From: Octopus vulgaris
Taxonomy: Eukaryota
Reading direction: 5' to 3'
Length of the DNA: 64,000 bases
Assembly (NCBI GenBank): GCA_951406725.2
Contig: OX597817.1
Coordinates: forward strand, 112,406,001 to 112,470,000
Shown: positions 1 to 12,163 of the stretch, in pieces
Layout of the letters: each line of letters begins with the position of its first letter
Numbering within the stretch: position 1 is the first letter of the stretch
Notes under the pieces: model-generated
Database searches by the model: none
The model's input: only the letters and a program-made list of their open reading frames with translations
Told to the model about the DNA's origin: nothing
Made by a program: the position numbers and the translations under genes

Positions 1-601
1 TGAAGAATAGTAGTCATTTCCTTTGGTGTCTAGACAGAAGCAAATAGGAAATAACTCTTACTGACTAAAGACAAAAAAATTTAAATTTTGTTGCATTGTG
101 TTATACCTGAATGATAGTTGTCTGAGGTAATGCTATAGCTATTTAGAAACTATGCCCATATATGGAGCATATTAAGTATGTGATGTAGATGGAAAAGCCT
201 AAAAACCATTAGAATTCACTCAGTGTAAGTGAAAAAATACATGAAAATTTAATTATTTTCTGCCACTGGCTGAAGATAAAATTTGGACAAAGTACATCTA
301 CAGCTAGTCTCTTCAGATAGTTTACTTATTTTAAAGCCTCAATGATAAGACAGATTACCTGAACTATCTCCAGATAACCACATGAAGAATTGTCACCCCA
401 GCACTCTGTGAAATGCCATGTGTTTTCTGTTGTAGCCCCAGGCTGACTAAAAAAAAAAAAATAGAAATAAAAACTTTGTTACACAGTGTTATTACTAATG
501 CAATTAGAGCACAAGGAGCAGTATCTTATTGGAATCTCTTACTTTACAAATCTCATAATTTCTTGATCACTAACTATTTAAACTAACTATTTCATACATA
601 G

Positions 602-773
602 ATTACCAATACTCAGGCTTTTTGGAAATGGGCCAAGAATGATCTTGTTGATGGTCTCCGGGCCACTAAATACTACAATGGTGCACCACCTCTTATGTTG
701 CGTGGCTATATGAGTGATAAAACATCAAGGATTATGGGATATGCAGTCATGAGACAACTCAGAGCCACCACAA
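602..773 (+). CDS. Penultimate coding exon of polycystin-1-like (PKD1L-type) channel gene
   Basis: Acceptor ...catag|ATT at 601/602 and donor A|gtaagt at 773/774. Translates ITNTQAFWKWAKNDLVDGLRATKYYNGAPPLMLRGYMSDKTSRIMGYAVMRQLRATT, with the FW.W, YNG and RQLR motifs of the polycystin TOP domain. The 172 nt length (phase 1) joins in frame to the next exon. Confidence 0.85.
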
Positions 774-859
774 GTAAGTAATCACTTTTGAGAATAAAAG
801 GTACTGAATTTGTGTAAGTGTTTATGTGAAATATCTTTATTAATAAATGTTCCTTCTCA

Positions 860-1090
860 AGTCATGCCAGGCTCATAAGGGCCGGTTTTCCGGTTTCAGT
901 GACGTAGGAATTCCCCACCTGGATGGGATGCCTGTCCATCGCAGGATTACTCATTTTTGCCAGCTGAGTGGACGAAAATGTTAAATGAAGTGTTTTGCTC
1001 AAGAACGCAACACATCACCCGGTCCAGGAATCGACACCACAACTTTACAATCATGAATTCAACATCCTAACCACTAAGCCACGTGCTGCC
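860..1090 (-). mobile_element. tRNA-derived SINE (intronic)
   Basis: Reverse strand starts gtggcttagtggttagg...gtcgattcctggaccgg (A/B-box-like head). Related copies near 22555-22750 and 55850-56015. Confidence 0.65.
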
Positions 1091-1209
1091 ACAAATATCT
1101 TTATTGATGTTCTGTAGTAGTATGTGAAAAGAATATATATACATACACACATATGCACACATATATATATACACACACACACACTCAATCATATACATAC
1201 ATACATACT

Positions 1210-1470
1210 TGGCACTCTGTTGCTCATGAAATTAGTGTGCAAGTGACTGAGCACTTCACAGGCACACATTCCTTTAATGTAGTTCCCAAGGAGTTTCAGT
1301 GTGACACAGAATATGACAAGATCATCCCTTTGAAATATAGGTATTATTCATTTTTGCCAGCTGAGTGGACTGGACCACTGTGAAATAAAGCATCTTGCTC
1401 AAGGACACAGTGCACCTCTGAGAATTGAACTTGTGGTCATGATCCAAATACCATAACCACTGAGCCATGT
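1210..1470 (-). mobile_element. SINE, same family as 36578-36895 and 24445-24630
   Basis: Shared blocks gctcatgaaatta.tgtgcaagtg.ctgagcac, cctttgaaata and catttttgccagctgagtggactgga. Confidence 0.65.
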
Positions 1471-1916
1471 ACTCTGTATGTATATATTGCTAGTATCATA
1501 AGAATTTTTATAAAATTCAAGAGAACATGAAATAATTTTTTTAAAACATTGGATCTTGAAGCAGATAAGCTATAAATAATAGCATGTAAATCCTGGGTAA
1601 AAAAAAACCCTTTGGACAGAAAATGTCGAAGGTTGCCTGTGGAAAATGGTAGGACATCTGTTATGTTTACAGATGTGCATTTGTGTCCCATAAAGATTTT
1701 TAAACTCATTTGCACACTATTATTTATAGATTATCAGCTTCAAGAGCCAACATTCTAAAACAAAACAATTATTTCACACACATACACACTTAAATATATA
1801 TATATTAGTAGAAGGATTATATATTAGTAGAAAGCACTTATTGTAATTGTTGTTTTTATGATGTAACAAATTTTTCAGTATTTTCAAATTAATTCTTGTG
1901 TTCCTTATTTTTACAG

Positions 1917-3406
1917 AACAGTGTAAAATTGCCAAGCAGTTTGAATCACTTGGTTTAGACTGTCATAAAGAGTATTCACTCTTTAATGAAGACAAGGAAA
2001 TGTATGGAAAAGGTTGGGATACACCAAGTTTCAACAGCACATACAGTAATTTGGCTGATGAATTTCAGTACCAAGATTCCTCAAAACTAGATGGTTATCC
2101 ATTCTATGGTAGTTTAAATATGTATGGTGGAGGAGGTTATGTAGCCAGACTGAAAGGTAGCAAGACGAAACTTACAACCATGATGGAGAGATTACAAAAC
2201 ACCAGTTGGATTGATAAATTAACCAGAGCCGTTTTCGTTGAATTCACAATATATAACCCTCAAGTGAACTTATTCACAGTTTGTACTTTATTAGCTGAAT
2301 TCACTAGAATAGGGGGCGTTGTAACATCATATCGGTTTGAACCATGTATGCTGCTACCATATATGACACAGGCTGCTCTTTTCCAGACACTCTGTGACGT
2401 TATTTTTGTCCTTTTCCTTATATATTTCCTGATAAAAGAAGTGAAACTTCTCCTCAAGTTACGTAGGAAGTACTTAAAAGAGTTTTGGAACCTTGTAGAG
2501 CTTGGAATTGTAAGCTTGTCCATTGCAGGAATGTTTATATTTATATATAAACTACTTGAGACAACACGTCTTACCGATTTGTTTAGAAAAACCCAAGGTA
2601 ACAAGTACATGAAATTTCAGTATGTAGCCTTCTGGAACGAGATGTTTTGTATTATAGTTGGTTGGTTGGTCTTCCTTGCAACTCTTAAATTCATGAAGCT
2701 ACTTCGCTTCAACAAACGAATGTCCATGCTGTCATCAACACTAACAAACAGTGCACCGAGTCTTTTGAATTTCAGTCTGGTGTTTTGGATTTTCTTCTTG
2801 TCATTTGTACAAGTATTCTATTTATTGTTTTTCCGAGAGATGAGTGATTTTGCAAACTTCATCACAGCAGCAGAAACTGGATTTCTAATGATGATGGGAA
2901 AGTTTGACTTCCATATGATGAAGCTTATCCAGCCAATTCTCTGTCCTCTGATATTTGCTATGTTCGTTGTAACAATCACATTCATCTTATTAAATATGTT
3001 CCTTTCAATTCTAAATGAAGCATTTGCCTCTGTTAAAGAAGATCTTGACAAACAAAGCAATGAGTATGAAATAGTAAACTTCATGGTGGGTCGTTTCAAA
3101 ACATGGACCGGCATTGGTATGTCTGGAGCTGTGTCTCCTGAAGAACAAAACTGTAAAAAATCAATATCAGGAAACAAAGATGGTCCTGATGGGCAAATTG
3201 AACAATTTCCAGATAAGGTTGACCAGCTTTTGAATTCTATCTCCCAAGTTTACATGGAAAAGGATACATTAGAAGCATTCTTTGATGACAGAAATGAAGC
3301 TGGAAAGAGAGCATTAAAGAAAATCCTGAAACAAAGCCAGACAAGCAGTGCCTACCATGCATTTCCAAATGATGACTATGGATTACCAAAAGTACAGACA
3401 AACTAA
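1917..3406 (+). CDS. Terminal coding exon of polycystin-1-like channel gene (TOP domain, TM segments, C-terminal tail)
   Basis: Acceptor ttttacag|AA at 1916/1917; A+AA gives K in frame with QCKI. Motifs YGGGGYV, WIDKLTRAVFVEFTIYNPQVNLF, KLLRFNKRMSML and FILLNMFLSILNEAF. The tail EYEIVNFMVGRFK and QFPDKVDQLL resembles invertebrate PKD1L2-like proteins. AATAAA follows at about 3418. The listed ORF start at 1898 is intronic. Confidence 0.9.
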
Positions 3407-4000
3407 CCATATATTTAAATAAAAGTAGCAATATTTACTGCAAACCAAAGACTCTTGAGTTGTTTGTACATTTAAATTGTCCAAACCATTCTAATTAGTA
3501 CTACAATTACATAGTCTGTAATTAGAAAAGTAGTATTTCAGTCAATGCCAGAGGCTTGTGAATGGTATTTTATTTGGCAAACTGCAATTGTTGCATTTAC
3601 ACTCAATTAAGGTCAAATTCAAGAGAAAGACTACACTTTAAATATCCCCAAATTCTACTGACAAAAATCACAATAGTGAAAGACTTATCTGTACATAATA
3701 ATGTGTCATTTAAATATATCAACACACTGACTATGTAAAATATCTTTACAGATACAAAATAGAAAGAATGAATCAAATATAATTTGAATGTTAACTGTAT
3801 AATAAATAATTTAAAAAAAATTGTTATATATAACCTTGATTTACATTTCTGGAACGTAATTTTGCTTTGATTACTAGTTTGATTAAAGAAGTATTTCAAA
3901 GATTTTATTCTTTTACTGACTTTTGTTCTCTAAACTATAATTTTTTTGTTTCATTTTAACTTTCCTTAAAGTTTTCTCATTCAGTTAAAGAAACATTTCA

Positions 4001-4043
<43 letters not shown>

Positions 4044-4357
4044 GCTATATGAATTGTTGCATATAGAAAACACAAATTACCTTCACAAATTACACAGACC
4101 AACAATAGTAACAAACCGTAAGCTAATTTCAGCAGTGTTCTCATATACAGGTTTAAACAATTTATATGTCAACAACAAAATCATGATCGTAAAACATCAC
4201 ATAGTTCTATCAAGCAATGTACTATAGCAATAAATATGCAAATATAATTTTGTGCTGTTGTTTTGTTGTTATTTTTAAGAATCAAATTTAATGAATTTAA
4301 GCAGTATTGATATGTCATCTGTTAGAAATTGCCTATTATAAGTATAAAAGAGACATA

Positions 4358-5391
4358 CAGGGTGTTCAGGCTAAATTTATCAGTTTGCATAAAAGTAAAA
4401 GCAAACACAATAATTCAAGTATCTTAAAAAATGAAAAAAATACCACCAAGATTATGGCTGGAAGATAAGTTTACATCATGGTTTCAAGATGTCTCCGGAA
4501 AATGACGCATGCATTTCTCACTGTGTCCCTGGGAAGACATTCAAACACCTCCTTGATCTTAGCCATCAGGTCAGTCTTGGTGTTGCAGAGAGTAGTTTGT
4601 GTATGACCATCATTAAAGGGGTGCACTGGATGACTCTGACACTCATTATTCAAAGGTGCATCCTCAGATCTTCAGTTATACACTTATTTTGAAATTCAAC
4701 TTTAGTATTATTCCAAATTAGTGCTGACCCAGAATAATCTAAAGCACTCCCAGGCACCAGAGTCTGGCAATAGGCTTGGGTTAGCATCTTTCTTAACCGC
4801 ACCCAGCACATAGTAATCTATGGGATTACATTCGAGGGAATTTGGAGACCAGAAATTGGGGTTGGTGAAGTCATAGAAATTCTCCTTCAACCATTTCTAA
4901 CTGGTATGGCAAGGAGCTGAATCCTGCTACCACCCATATGGCCTTCCAGCAGCAACCTTCTCCAGCCAGGGACTGCAGCAGGTTCACTTAACCATCTGAA
5001 TTGAGCTTAAAGCCATGATCAAAGGCATAGGGATGGATTCTGGCATGCAGATGCAGTCAGAATGCCTGCTGTGTCCCTTTTCTGCTGGCCATAGCTTCGT
5101 AGTCTCTGTTGTAGCAGTCCATATCATGTCTTATAACCTTAACAGTGTTCACAGAGCATTGAGCAGCAGTGATGATGTCAGCATTTTGATAACCTGTGCC
5201 AATTATCCTGATACAGATAACTCTTTTCCCATATTCAGATAGCTTTTGGTGCTCCATGTTAACTGATGCTTTCTCAATTACAACTTTCATCCTTATGCTG
5301 TCCAATGCTTTTGACTGTTCACCGATACATTAAGTTGTTCCTGAATAAAAAGGAGGCATAAAATATCATCAAATTTAGCCTGAATACCCTG
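4358..5391 (-). mobile_element. Tc1/mariner (maT/rosa-like) DNA transposon, decayed
   Basis: TIRs cagggtgttcaggctaaattt (4358) and aaatttagcctgaataccctg (ending 5391), one mismatch, with TA on both flanks. Minus-strand remnant NFWSPNSLECNPIDYYVLGAV matches the WPPxSPDLNPxDY motif. Confidence 0.85.
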
Positions 5392-5725
5392 TACATGTTA
5401 ATAATATAATACTTCCTAAATGGAAACAATTGGCAAGAAAGCATGAAATTACAGCATAATATTTAAATGGAATTAAGTAACAAAGAAGAAATATTTTATT
5501 ATTAAAAGGTGGAGTGTTTTCTAAATTATTTACATCCAGTATATAATACATCTATATCATATAGGCGCAGTATTGGCTTGCTTCCCAACCACGTAGTTCC
5601 TAGATCAGTCCTACAGTGTGGTATCTTGAGCAAGTGTCTTCTGCTATAGCACTAGGCTGTCCAATACAAATCCTTGTGATTGGATTTCGTAGATGTAATG
5701 TATATATATATATATATATATATAT

Positions 5726-6049
5726 CACCGTGATCACCATGACCGACCAGGCTATCAGATGTTGTTACACTATTGGTCTCTTTTGTCAATATCTATCTAT
5801 CTATCTAGCTGGTCACAATGCGCTTCGCATTGTTTTAGCCTTCAAATGACGCCACCAGGCCAACAGAAGAAAGAGTGGGAGAAAGTTGTGGCGAAAGAAT
5901 ACCGCAGGGATCGCCACCACCCCCTGCCGGAGCCTCGTGGAGCTTTAGGTGTTTTCGCTCAATAAACACTCACAACGCCCGGTCTGGGAATCGAAACCGT
6001 GATCCTACGACCGCGAGTCCGCTGCCCTAACCACTAGGCCATTGCGCCT

Positions 6050-6051
<2 letters not shown>
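5726..6051 (-). mobile_element. tRNA-derived SINE with RTE-like 3' tail
   Basis: Minus-strand head ggaggcgcaatggcctagtggttagggcagcggactcgcggtcgtaggatcacggtttcgattcccagaccggg. The tail matches the RTE 3' end at 56891-56935. Confidence 0.8.
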
Positions 6052-6140
<89 letters not shown>

Positions 6141-6165
6141 TAAAAAAAAGAGAGAGAGAGAAGAA

Positions 6166-6252
<87 letters not shown>
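6052..6252. repeat. Compound microsatellite (TA)n(GA)n(GATA)n
   Basis: Seen directly. Confidence 0.95.
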
Positions 6253-6719
6253 TGGAGTGTGTGTGTTTGTGTCTGTGTTTGTCTTCTAACACTGCTTGAC
6301 AATCGGCGTTGGTGTGTTAACATCCCTGCAACTTAACGCTTTGACAAAAGAGACCAATAGAGACTTAAAAACGATAAATAAGTTGATTCGTTCGACGAAA
6401 ATTCTTCAAGGTAGTGCCCCAGAATGGCCGAAGTCTAATGACTGAACAAGTAAAACATAAAAGACCATATGCACTGAAAATACGATACCTGTTACAAACA
6501 TACAAATACACACATATGCACGTGTATGTTTTACTTTGAGTTTTATCTAAGAGAGTTTAAGCCGGTCGTTAAACAGCGACAAGACCTATTTATTTAAGAG
6601 AGTTCCCGATGTTTGTAAGTAAGTGGTTGAGAGAGTTGGTTGAGCTGATGATGCACACATTTTCACCTAAAGAATCTCAGATGTGTCTTTAGCATATCTT
6701 ACAAATCTTTTCTACTGCT

Positions 6720-8130
6720 GTTGTTGTTGTAAGAGGGGTTAAGTTTGCTCCTATTGAGTTCACTGTGTCATGAGTCAAGTTCCATAACTGTCGTGAGCCA
6801 CGTCTTCAGCTGGCCACCCCTCTGCTTATGCCAACCTGAGGGAAGAACTAGAAGTGTCACCTTCAGATTGAGTTCATCATATTGGCGTCCCAATGTGTGG
6901 GCAAATCACTGCAGTCTCCTCGTCAGAAGAGTTTCTACAAGGGATGAGAGACAGTAGTGAGCGTAAAGTTGTCAGTTTGAAACGCAGCCTGAGATATGCA
7001 GTCAGAGACGACGATGAATACAGAAGCGATCAAAGACTTTCAACTTCTGAAGATCAGCAATACGCATTGGCCAGGTCTCACAACCATAGAGCAGAACAGT
7101 TCGGACAAGCGCCTGGTAAATACGGCATTTTGTTGCGAGGTGGATTTCTTAGTATGACCACAAGCACTTATGGGGTGGTAGAAGATCGACTATGTACGAT
7201 TGATCCAAATGGAGTTCTTGTCTTTCTCCTGACCAGTGGTGGTAAAGGTGGATCCGAGACATTTGAACTCCTTAACCTTTTCCTCTGCCTCTCCATCAAG
7301 ATGAATAGTAACCTTGGAAGAAGGAGGTATGTTGGCTGAGACGACTTTCGTTTTCAAGGCGTTGATCTTCATTCCAATTCTTGCAGCGGTGAGGTTTATC
7401 CCATCAAGAACATGTTGGATATTGCCATAGGACTCCCCTAGGGTGGCAACATCGTCGGCAAAGTAAAGGTCAGTGACCAAGAAATTGCTTCCTATCCTGG
7501 CCCCGAGAGACCATCTAGACCAGAGCTGGTTAACCTGAGGCCCACGGGCCGCATGTAGCCTGCAGACTTTATTTTGTGGCCTGCTTGACACTTTCTTGAA
7601 ATGGGTTTATTTAAACAAACGTTTTAAAAATTTTATCAAAAATTAAAGATTGTAATAAAAAGTAAACAAGAAAGATACTATTGTTTTTGCAAGGATAATA
7701 TTTCATGTTGAATCAACGATCATTCATTCATTATCGTAATAATAGCATGAGAAAGCAAAATTCTTTCAATTCTGTCAGTATACAAGCGGCCCTCAAAAAA
7801 CTTTCTGTGATTAAAGTTGGTTAAGCCTGATCTAGACCTTGGCTGAGTAGCCAATCGATGAAATTGAAAAGAACGGGCGATAGGACACAACCTTGGCGAA
7901 CACCTGTATGAACGGTGAAGAAATTGGATTCCTCTCTATAGGACCGTACTCTTGTTCATGTATGGGTATAATACACACGGATAAAGTTGAGGACCTTGGT
8001 TGGAAATCCGTCTCACCTCATGACCTTCCATTAGCTGGTAGGATCCAACGAATCAAAGGCTGCTGCAATGTAGACAAAGCACATCACGGTGGCCTGTTGA
8101 TAGCACTAGCATTGTTCCAGGATTTATATT
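6720..8130 (-). mobile_element. RTE-clade LINE RT fragment, split by a hAT MITE
   Basis: Minus strand reads [16 protein letters not shown]...(MITE)...VTDLYFADDVATL...GMKINALKTKV...VKEFKCLGS and ends in a caacaacaa tail near 6720. Confidence 0.8.
7521..7829. mobile_element. hAT-Charlie-type MITE (about 309 bp)
   Basis: 8-bp TSD atctagac at 7513-7520 and 7830-7837 (NTCTAGAN, typical of Charlie). Ends cagagctggttaacctgaggcccacgggccgcatg and gcggccc...aagttggttaagcctg. The flanking RTE sequence rejoins across it. Confidence 0.85.
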
Positions 8131-8151
8131 TCATAGGACTTCTATGGACTT

Positions 8152-8155
8152 CATA

Positions 8156-8191
<36 letters not shown>

Positions 8192-8286
8192 TATATATAT
8201 TTATATACATATATATATATATAAATACATATATATATATGCATATATATATGCATATATATACACACATATATATATACATATAC

Positions 8287-8319
<33 letters not shown>

Positions 8320-8394
8320 CATATATATACATACATATACATATATATACATACATATACATATATATACATACATATATATACATATACATAC

Positions 8395-8425
<31 letters not shown>

Positions 8426-8446
8426 CATATATATACATATACATAT

Positions 8447-8481
<35 letters not shown>

Positions 8482-8540
8482 CATACATACTCATATATAT
8501 ACATATATATACATACATATATATATACATACATACATAT

Positions 8541-8574
<34 letters not shown>

Positions 8575-8589
8575 TACATACATATATAC

Positions 8590-8650
<61 letters not shown>

Positions 8651-8660
8651 TATACATATA
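8152..8660. repeat. (TA)/(TACA) microsatellite
   Basis: Seen directly; source of the spurious YI/HI ORFs. Confidence 0.95.
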
Positions 8661-9049
8661 ACTTTAAATAATTTGGGAAAACGTATTTCCATATAAATCA
8701 GGTACAACCCTTTAGCATTATGTGTCTCTGCATATTGTACAGTGGGGTCTATTTTATCATATATTTTATATATTTATCTAGAAATATACAAAATGTATAA
8801 TAGAAATCAATAACAATTAGGTTTTGGGGATTAATAGATATGCTGGTATTCTATTTCAGATAATACAAACTATAACTTAATAAGTATATCTAAAGGTGAA
8901 CTCGTGGTAGCTATTTGCACATCACAAAATAATACTTTAAAGGATATAACCAGTATACTGCCTTAATTATCTCCTACTTAAGTTAAATCTAAAATTATCA
9001 ATTATGAAGGAACTACACGTGTTTCAGTATTGGAAGTTTATAATATCTG

Positions 9050-9130
<81 letters not shown>

Positions 9131-9512
9131 TCTCTTTTACTTGTTTCAGTCATTTGAGTGTGGCCATGCTGGAGCACTGCCTTTAGTCGAGCAACTCGAG
9201 CCCAGGACTTATACTTTGTAAGCCTAGTACTTATTCTATCGGTCTCTTTTGCCGAACCGCTAAGTTACGGGACGTAAACACACCAGCATCGGTTGTCAAG
9301 CGATGTTGGAGGATCTAACACAGACACACAAACATATACACACATATATATATATACATATACATGACGGGCTTCTTTCAGGTTCCGTTTACCAAATCGA
9401 CTCACAAGGCTTTGGTCGGCCCGAGGCTATAGTAGAAGACACGCAGTGGGAATGAACCCGAGACTATGTAGTTGATAAGCAAGCTACTTACCACACAGCC
9501 ACTCCTGCACCT
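9131..9512 (-). mobile_element. tRNA-derived SINE with internal microsatellite
   Basis: Reverse complement of the family at 27096-27537 (gcaggagtggctgtgtggtaagtagcttgct...aagtaaaagag). Confidence 0.85.
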
Positions 9513-9722
9513 TATATCTTATGGTAGTGGAATAGTATTTAACTGCTATTTCTAAATTTTGGTATGTGGTGTAGCAATTTTTGCTGAACCCTAATTATAA
9601 TTATGCTTATAATTATAGAATTTTTGTATAAGGTTACCGATAATGGTTCTTTTAACATGCCGAACTACTTGGTAAAATTATTAATTATTAATGGATTAAT
9701 TAATTTTACCCCTTATTATTAT

Positions 9723-9776
<54 letters not shown>

Positions 9777-10015
9777 CAAGGAATATAACAAACACACAGG
9801 ACCTCCTAACACCAACAGACAACCCCTCTACCCCAACCATTTTTTAGACACAGCACACAGATACAGGCAAACAAAATAACACAGGACAGGGAAGAGAAAC
9901 ATAAACTAATTAAAGTCATCAATTTAACCAATACAGAACCCAACCCCAACCTTCTCAACTTACTCTCCAAAGGTCTGAAATTCACACCAACCCCCCACGT
10001 CCAAACTACTACGAA

Positions 10016-12163
10016 ATGAAGGAAGACATTACAGAATTTTGTAGAAAATTGCGACTTAGTGAGGAACTATTCGACCAGCACAATGAGGATGAGTCACTAG
10101 CTAGAAATAAAAGCAACTACACCCCACGAAAAGGTAGAAATAAAATCCTAGACGAATTCTGTGAGCACATTACAAACTTCCCCTACCAACACTTACACAA
10201 ACCAAAACCCAAACCAAACCTCAACAAGAAAGAGTGGGAAGAATTAAACAAATTAAAAAATGAAAGATCTATCACCATTAAAGAGGCCGATAAAGGAAGT
10301 GCAGTAGTCTTAATGGAGACAGAATACTATATCAACTTAGCACTCTCCACCTTGGAAAATGGAACATATTACGAAAAGGCTGAACACTACAATCAACAGA
10401 AAATTATGAGAAACTTAAAAACCCTGATCAACCCCCACAAAGAAGAACTCACTAACAAAGAATTCAACTTCATCACAAATTTCACTAGTAAAACCAGCCT
10501 CTTCTACGGTATTCCCAAAATTCATAAAAGCGAATTAATAAGTAAGGCATGCAAGGAAGCCACAAACTCTGTAATCAATGTCCCCTCACCAAATGACCTC
10601 AAATTGAGACCTATAATAGCAGGTCCCGCTTGCGAAACCCACCGCCTTAGCAACTTCATTGATACCCTTCTCAAGCCGTTCCTCAAACACATTAAAAGCT
10701 ACATAAGGGACGATCTAGATATGCTCAACCACCTCCCCAATACACTTCTTGCTGAACAAACCCTGCTAGTAACATTCGATGTAGTTAATCTTTACTCCAA
10801 CATCCCCCACAATCTAGGAATAGAAGCTATCCAATTCTGGCTGGATAATTACTCCAACGAACTCCCACACCGCATCAAAAAGGAATTTATTTTAGAAGGA
10901 CTCAAATTCATCTTAGAGAATAATTTCTTCACCTTCAACAACAAATTCTACAGACAGAAATCAGGGACGGCAATGGGAACGAAAACAGCTCCCACTTACG
11001 CCAACTTAGTCATGGGATACCTGGAAATCACCCTCTATAATAACGTTCTTAACCAATTTGGCACCACTCTCCACACACACATAGAGAAGAACTGGAAGAG
11101 ATATCTTGATGACTGCTTCATCCTTTGGCCCGAAACCGTCGAGAAGCTTAACGAATTTCACACTCTTATAAATGGGCTCAACACAAACATTATTTTCACA
11201 ATGGAATACAGCCCTCAACAAATTCCCTTCCTCGACATCCTCATTAAAATTCACAACAAAAAAATAGAAACAGACATATACTACAAGCCCACAGATTCCA
11301 AGCAATACCTCCCTTTCAATTCATGCCACCCTAGACACGTTAAAATTAACATTCCCTACAACTTAGCCAAGAGAATTTGCACTATAGTCTCCAATAAAAA
11401 CACCCGTCTCTTACGTCTACAAGAACTCAAGGGCACATTAACAAGCAGGGATTACCCCACGTCACTAATTGACAATGGGATCCAATGCGCCCTAAAACTC
11501 AGCACGCAGGAACTTAGACGCCCTAAACCTGTTACATCGAAACCCCATACTCTACCATACATCTCTACACACAACCCCCTCAACAATAAAGCTTTTGACA
11601 CCATCCTCCAGAACATTCCTGTATTACAAAAGGACCATAGAATGAACCAAATCCTCCTAACACACGAAATCATAAAGAGCAAAAGGCAACCCAAATCATT
11701 GAAAACCATCCTAACAAATGCCAAAGTACTGCCAACCACAACAACTAAACCCACAGTAAACAAATGCAATAGACCCAACTGTGGTATATGCATCAACCTA
11801 ATAGAAGGTCCGGAATTCCTTTTTAAACAAGGACAACGTTTCACAGTAAAACACAACTTCACATGCGCATCAGAAAACCTAGTATATGTCTTAACTTGCT
11901 CGGGCTGTAATGAACACTACATAGGCCAAACAAAAAATAGCCTCCGCCAACGCATGACTGTCCACAGATCCCAAATAAAAATACAGGAATATAGAAAAAT
12001 AGCATTTAGTGCACATATTGATACCTGTGCCGCACAACTCCATCCCAATTTTAGAATCTTTCCCCTCTACAAATTTAAAGACAATGCCACTCATACCCAG
12101 CGAATAACCATGGAATCCCACCTTATTAATAAATACAGACCACTTCTAAACACATGCCCCTAA
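10016..12163 (+). CDS. PLE reverse transcriptase + GIY-YIG endonuclease (715 aa; N-terminus continues upstream across a frameshift)
   Basis: Motifs IKEADKGSAVV, FYGIPKIHK, LRPII, FDVVNLYSNIP, GTAMGTKTAPTYANL, RYLDDCF, FLDI, SCHPRH, CNRPNCGIC, NLVYVLTCSGCNEHYIGQT, R..H and E..LIN...P.LN. Confidence 0.93.
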   Translation: MKEDITEFCRKLRLSEELFDQHNEDESLARNKSNYTPRKGRNKILDEFCEHITNFPYQHLHKPKPKPNLNKKEWEELNKLKNERSITIKEADKGSAVVLMETEYYINLALSTLENGTYYEKAEHYNQQKIMRNLKTLINPHKEELTNKEFNFITNFTSKTSLFYGIPKIHKSELISKACKEATNSVINVPSPNDLKLRPIIAGPACETHRLSNFIDTLLKPFLKHIKSYIRDDLDMLNHLPNTLLAEQTLLVTFDVVNLYSNIPHNLGIEAIQFWLDNYSNELPHRIKKEFILEGLKFILENNFFTFNNKFYRQKSGTAMGTKTAPTYANLVMGYLEITLYNNVLNQFGTTLHTHIEKNWKRYLDDCFILWPETVEKLNEFHTLINGLNTNIIFTMEYSPQQIPFLDILIKIHNKKIETDIYYKPTDSKQYLPFNSCHPRHVKINIPYNLAKRICTIVSNKNTRLLRLQELKGTLTSRDYPTSLIDNGIQCALKLSTQELRRPKPVTSKPHTLPYISTHNPLNNKAFDTILQNIPVLQKDHRMNQILLTHEIIKSKRQPKSLKTILTNAKVLPTTTTKPTVNKCNRPNCGICINLIEGPEFLFKQGQRFTVKHNFTCASENLVYVLTCSGCNEHYIGQTKNSLRQRMTVHRSQIKIQEYRKIAFSAHIDTCAAQLHPNFRIFPLYKFKDNATHTQRITMESHLINKYRPLLNTCP

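Larger units (their letters stand above)
5563..6462 (+). mobile_element. SINE with internal microsatellite, interrupted by a nested SINE
   Basis: The 5' part (ggcgcag...gcaagtgtcttctgctatagc) and 3' part (gtctgtgtttgtc...ttgacaatcggcgttggtgtg...aagtaaaa) match the intact copies at 27096 and 58821. Confidence 0.7.

Noticed and set aside
2260-3177. Antisense ORFs over the polycystin exon, and those over the PLE and Tx1 ORFs
   Set aside because: They are shadow frames of real coding sequence.
5975-6051. tRNA-like sequences at SINE heads as tRNA genes
   Set aside because: They continue directly into SINE bodies and lack complete cloverleaf pairing.
7893-8707. Long ORFs rich in YI/HI/CV (also 37286-37610, 52354-52657 and 61438-62575)
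   Set aside because: These are translations of microsatellites that lack stop codons, not genes.
9630-9680. Hammerhead-like remnant cgataatggt...gccgaactacttggta
   Set aside because: Too many core mismatches to distinguish from chance.
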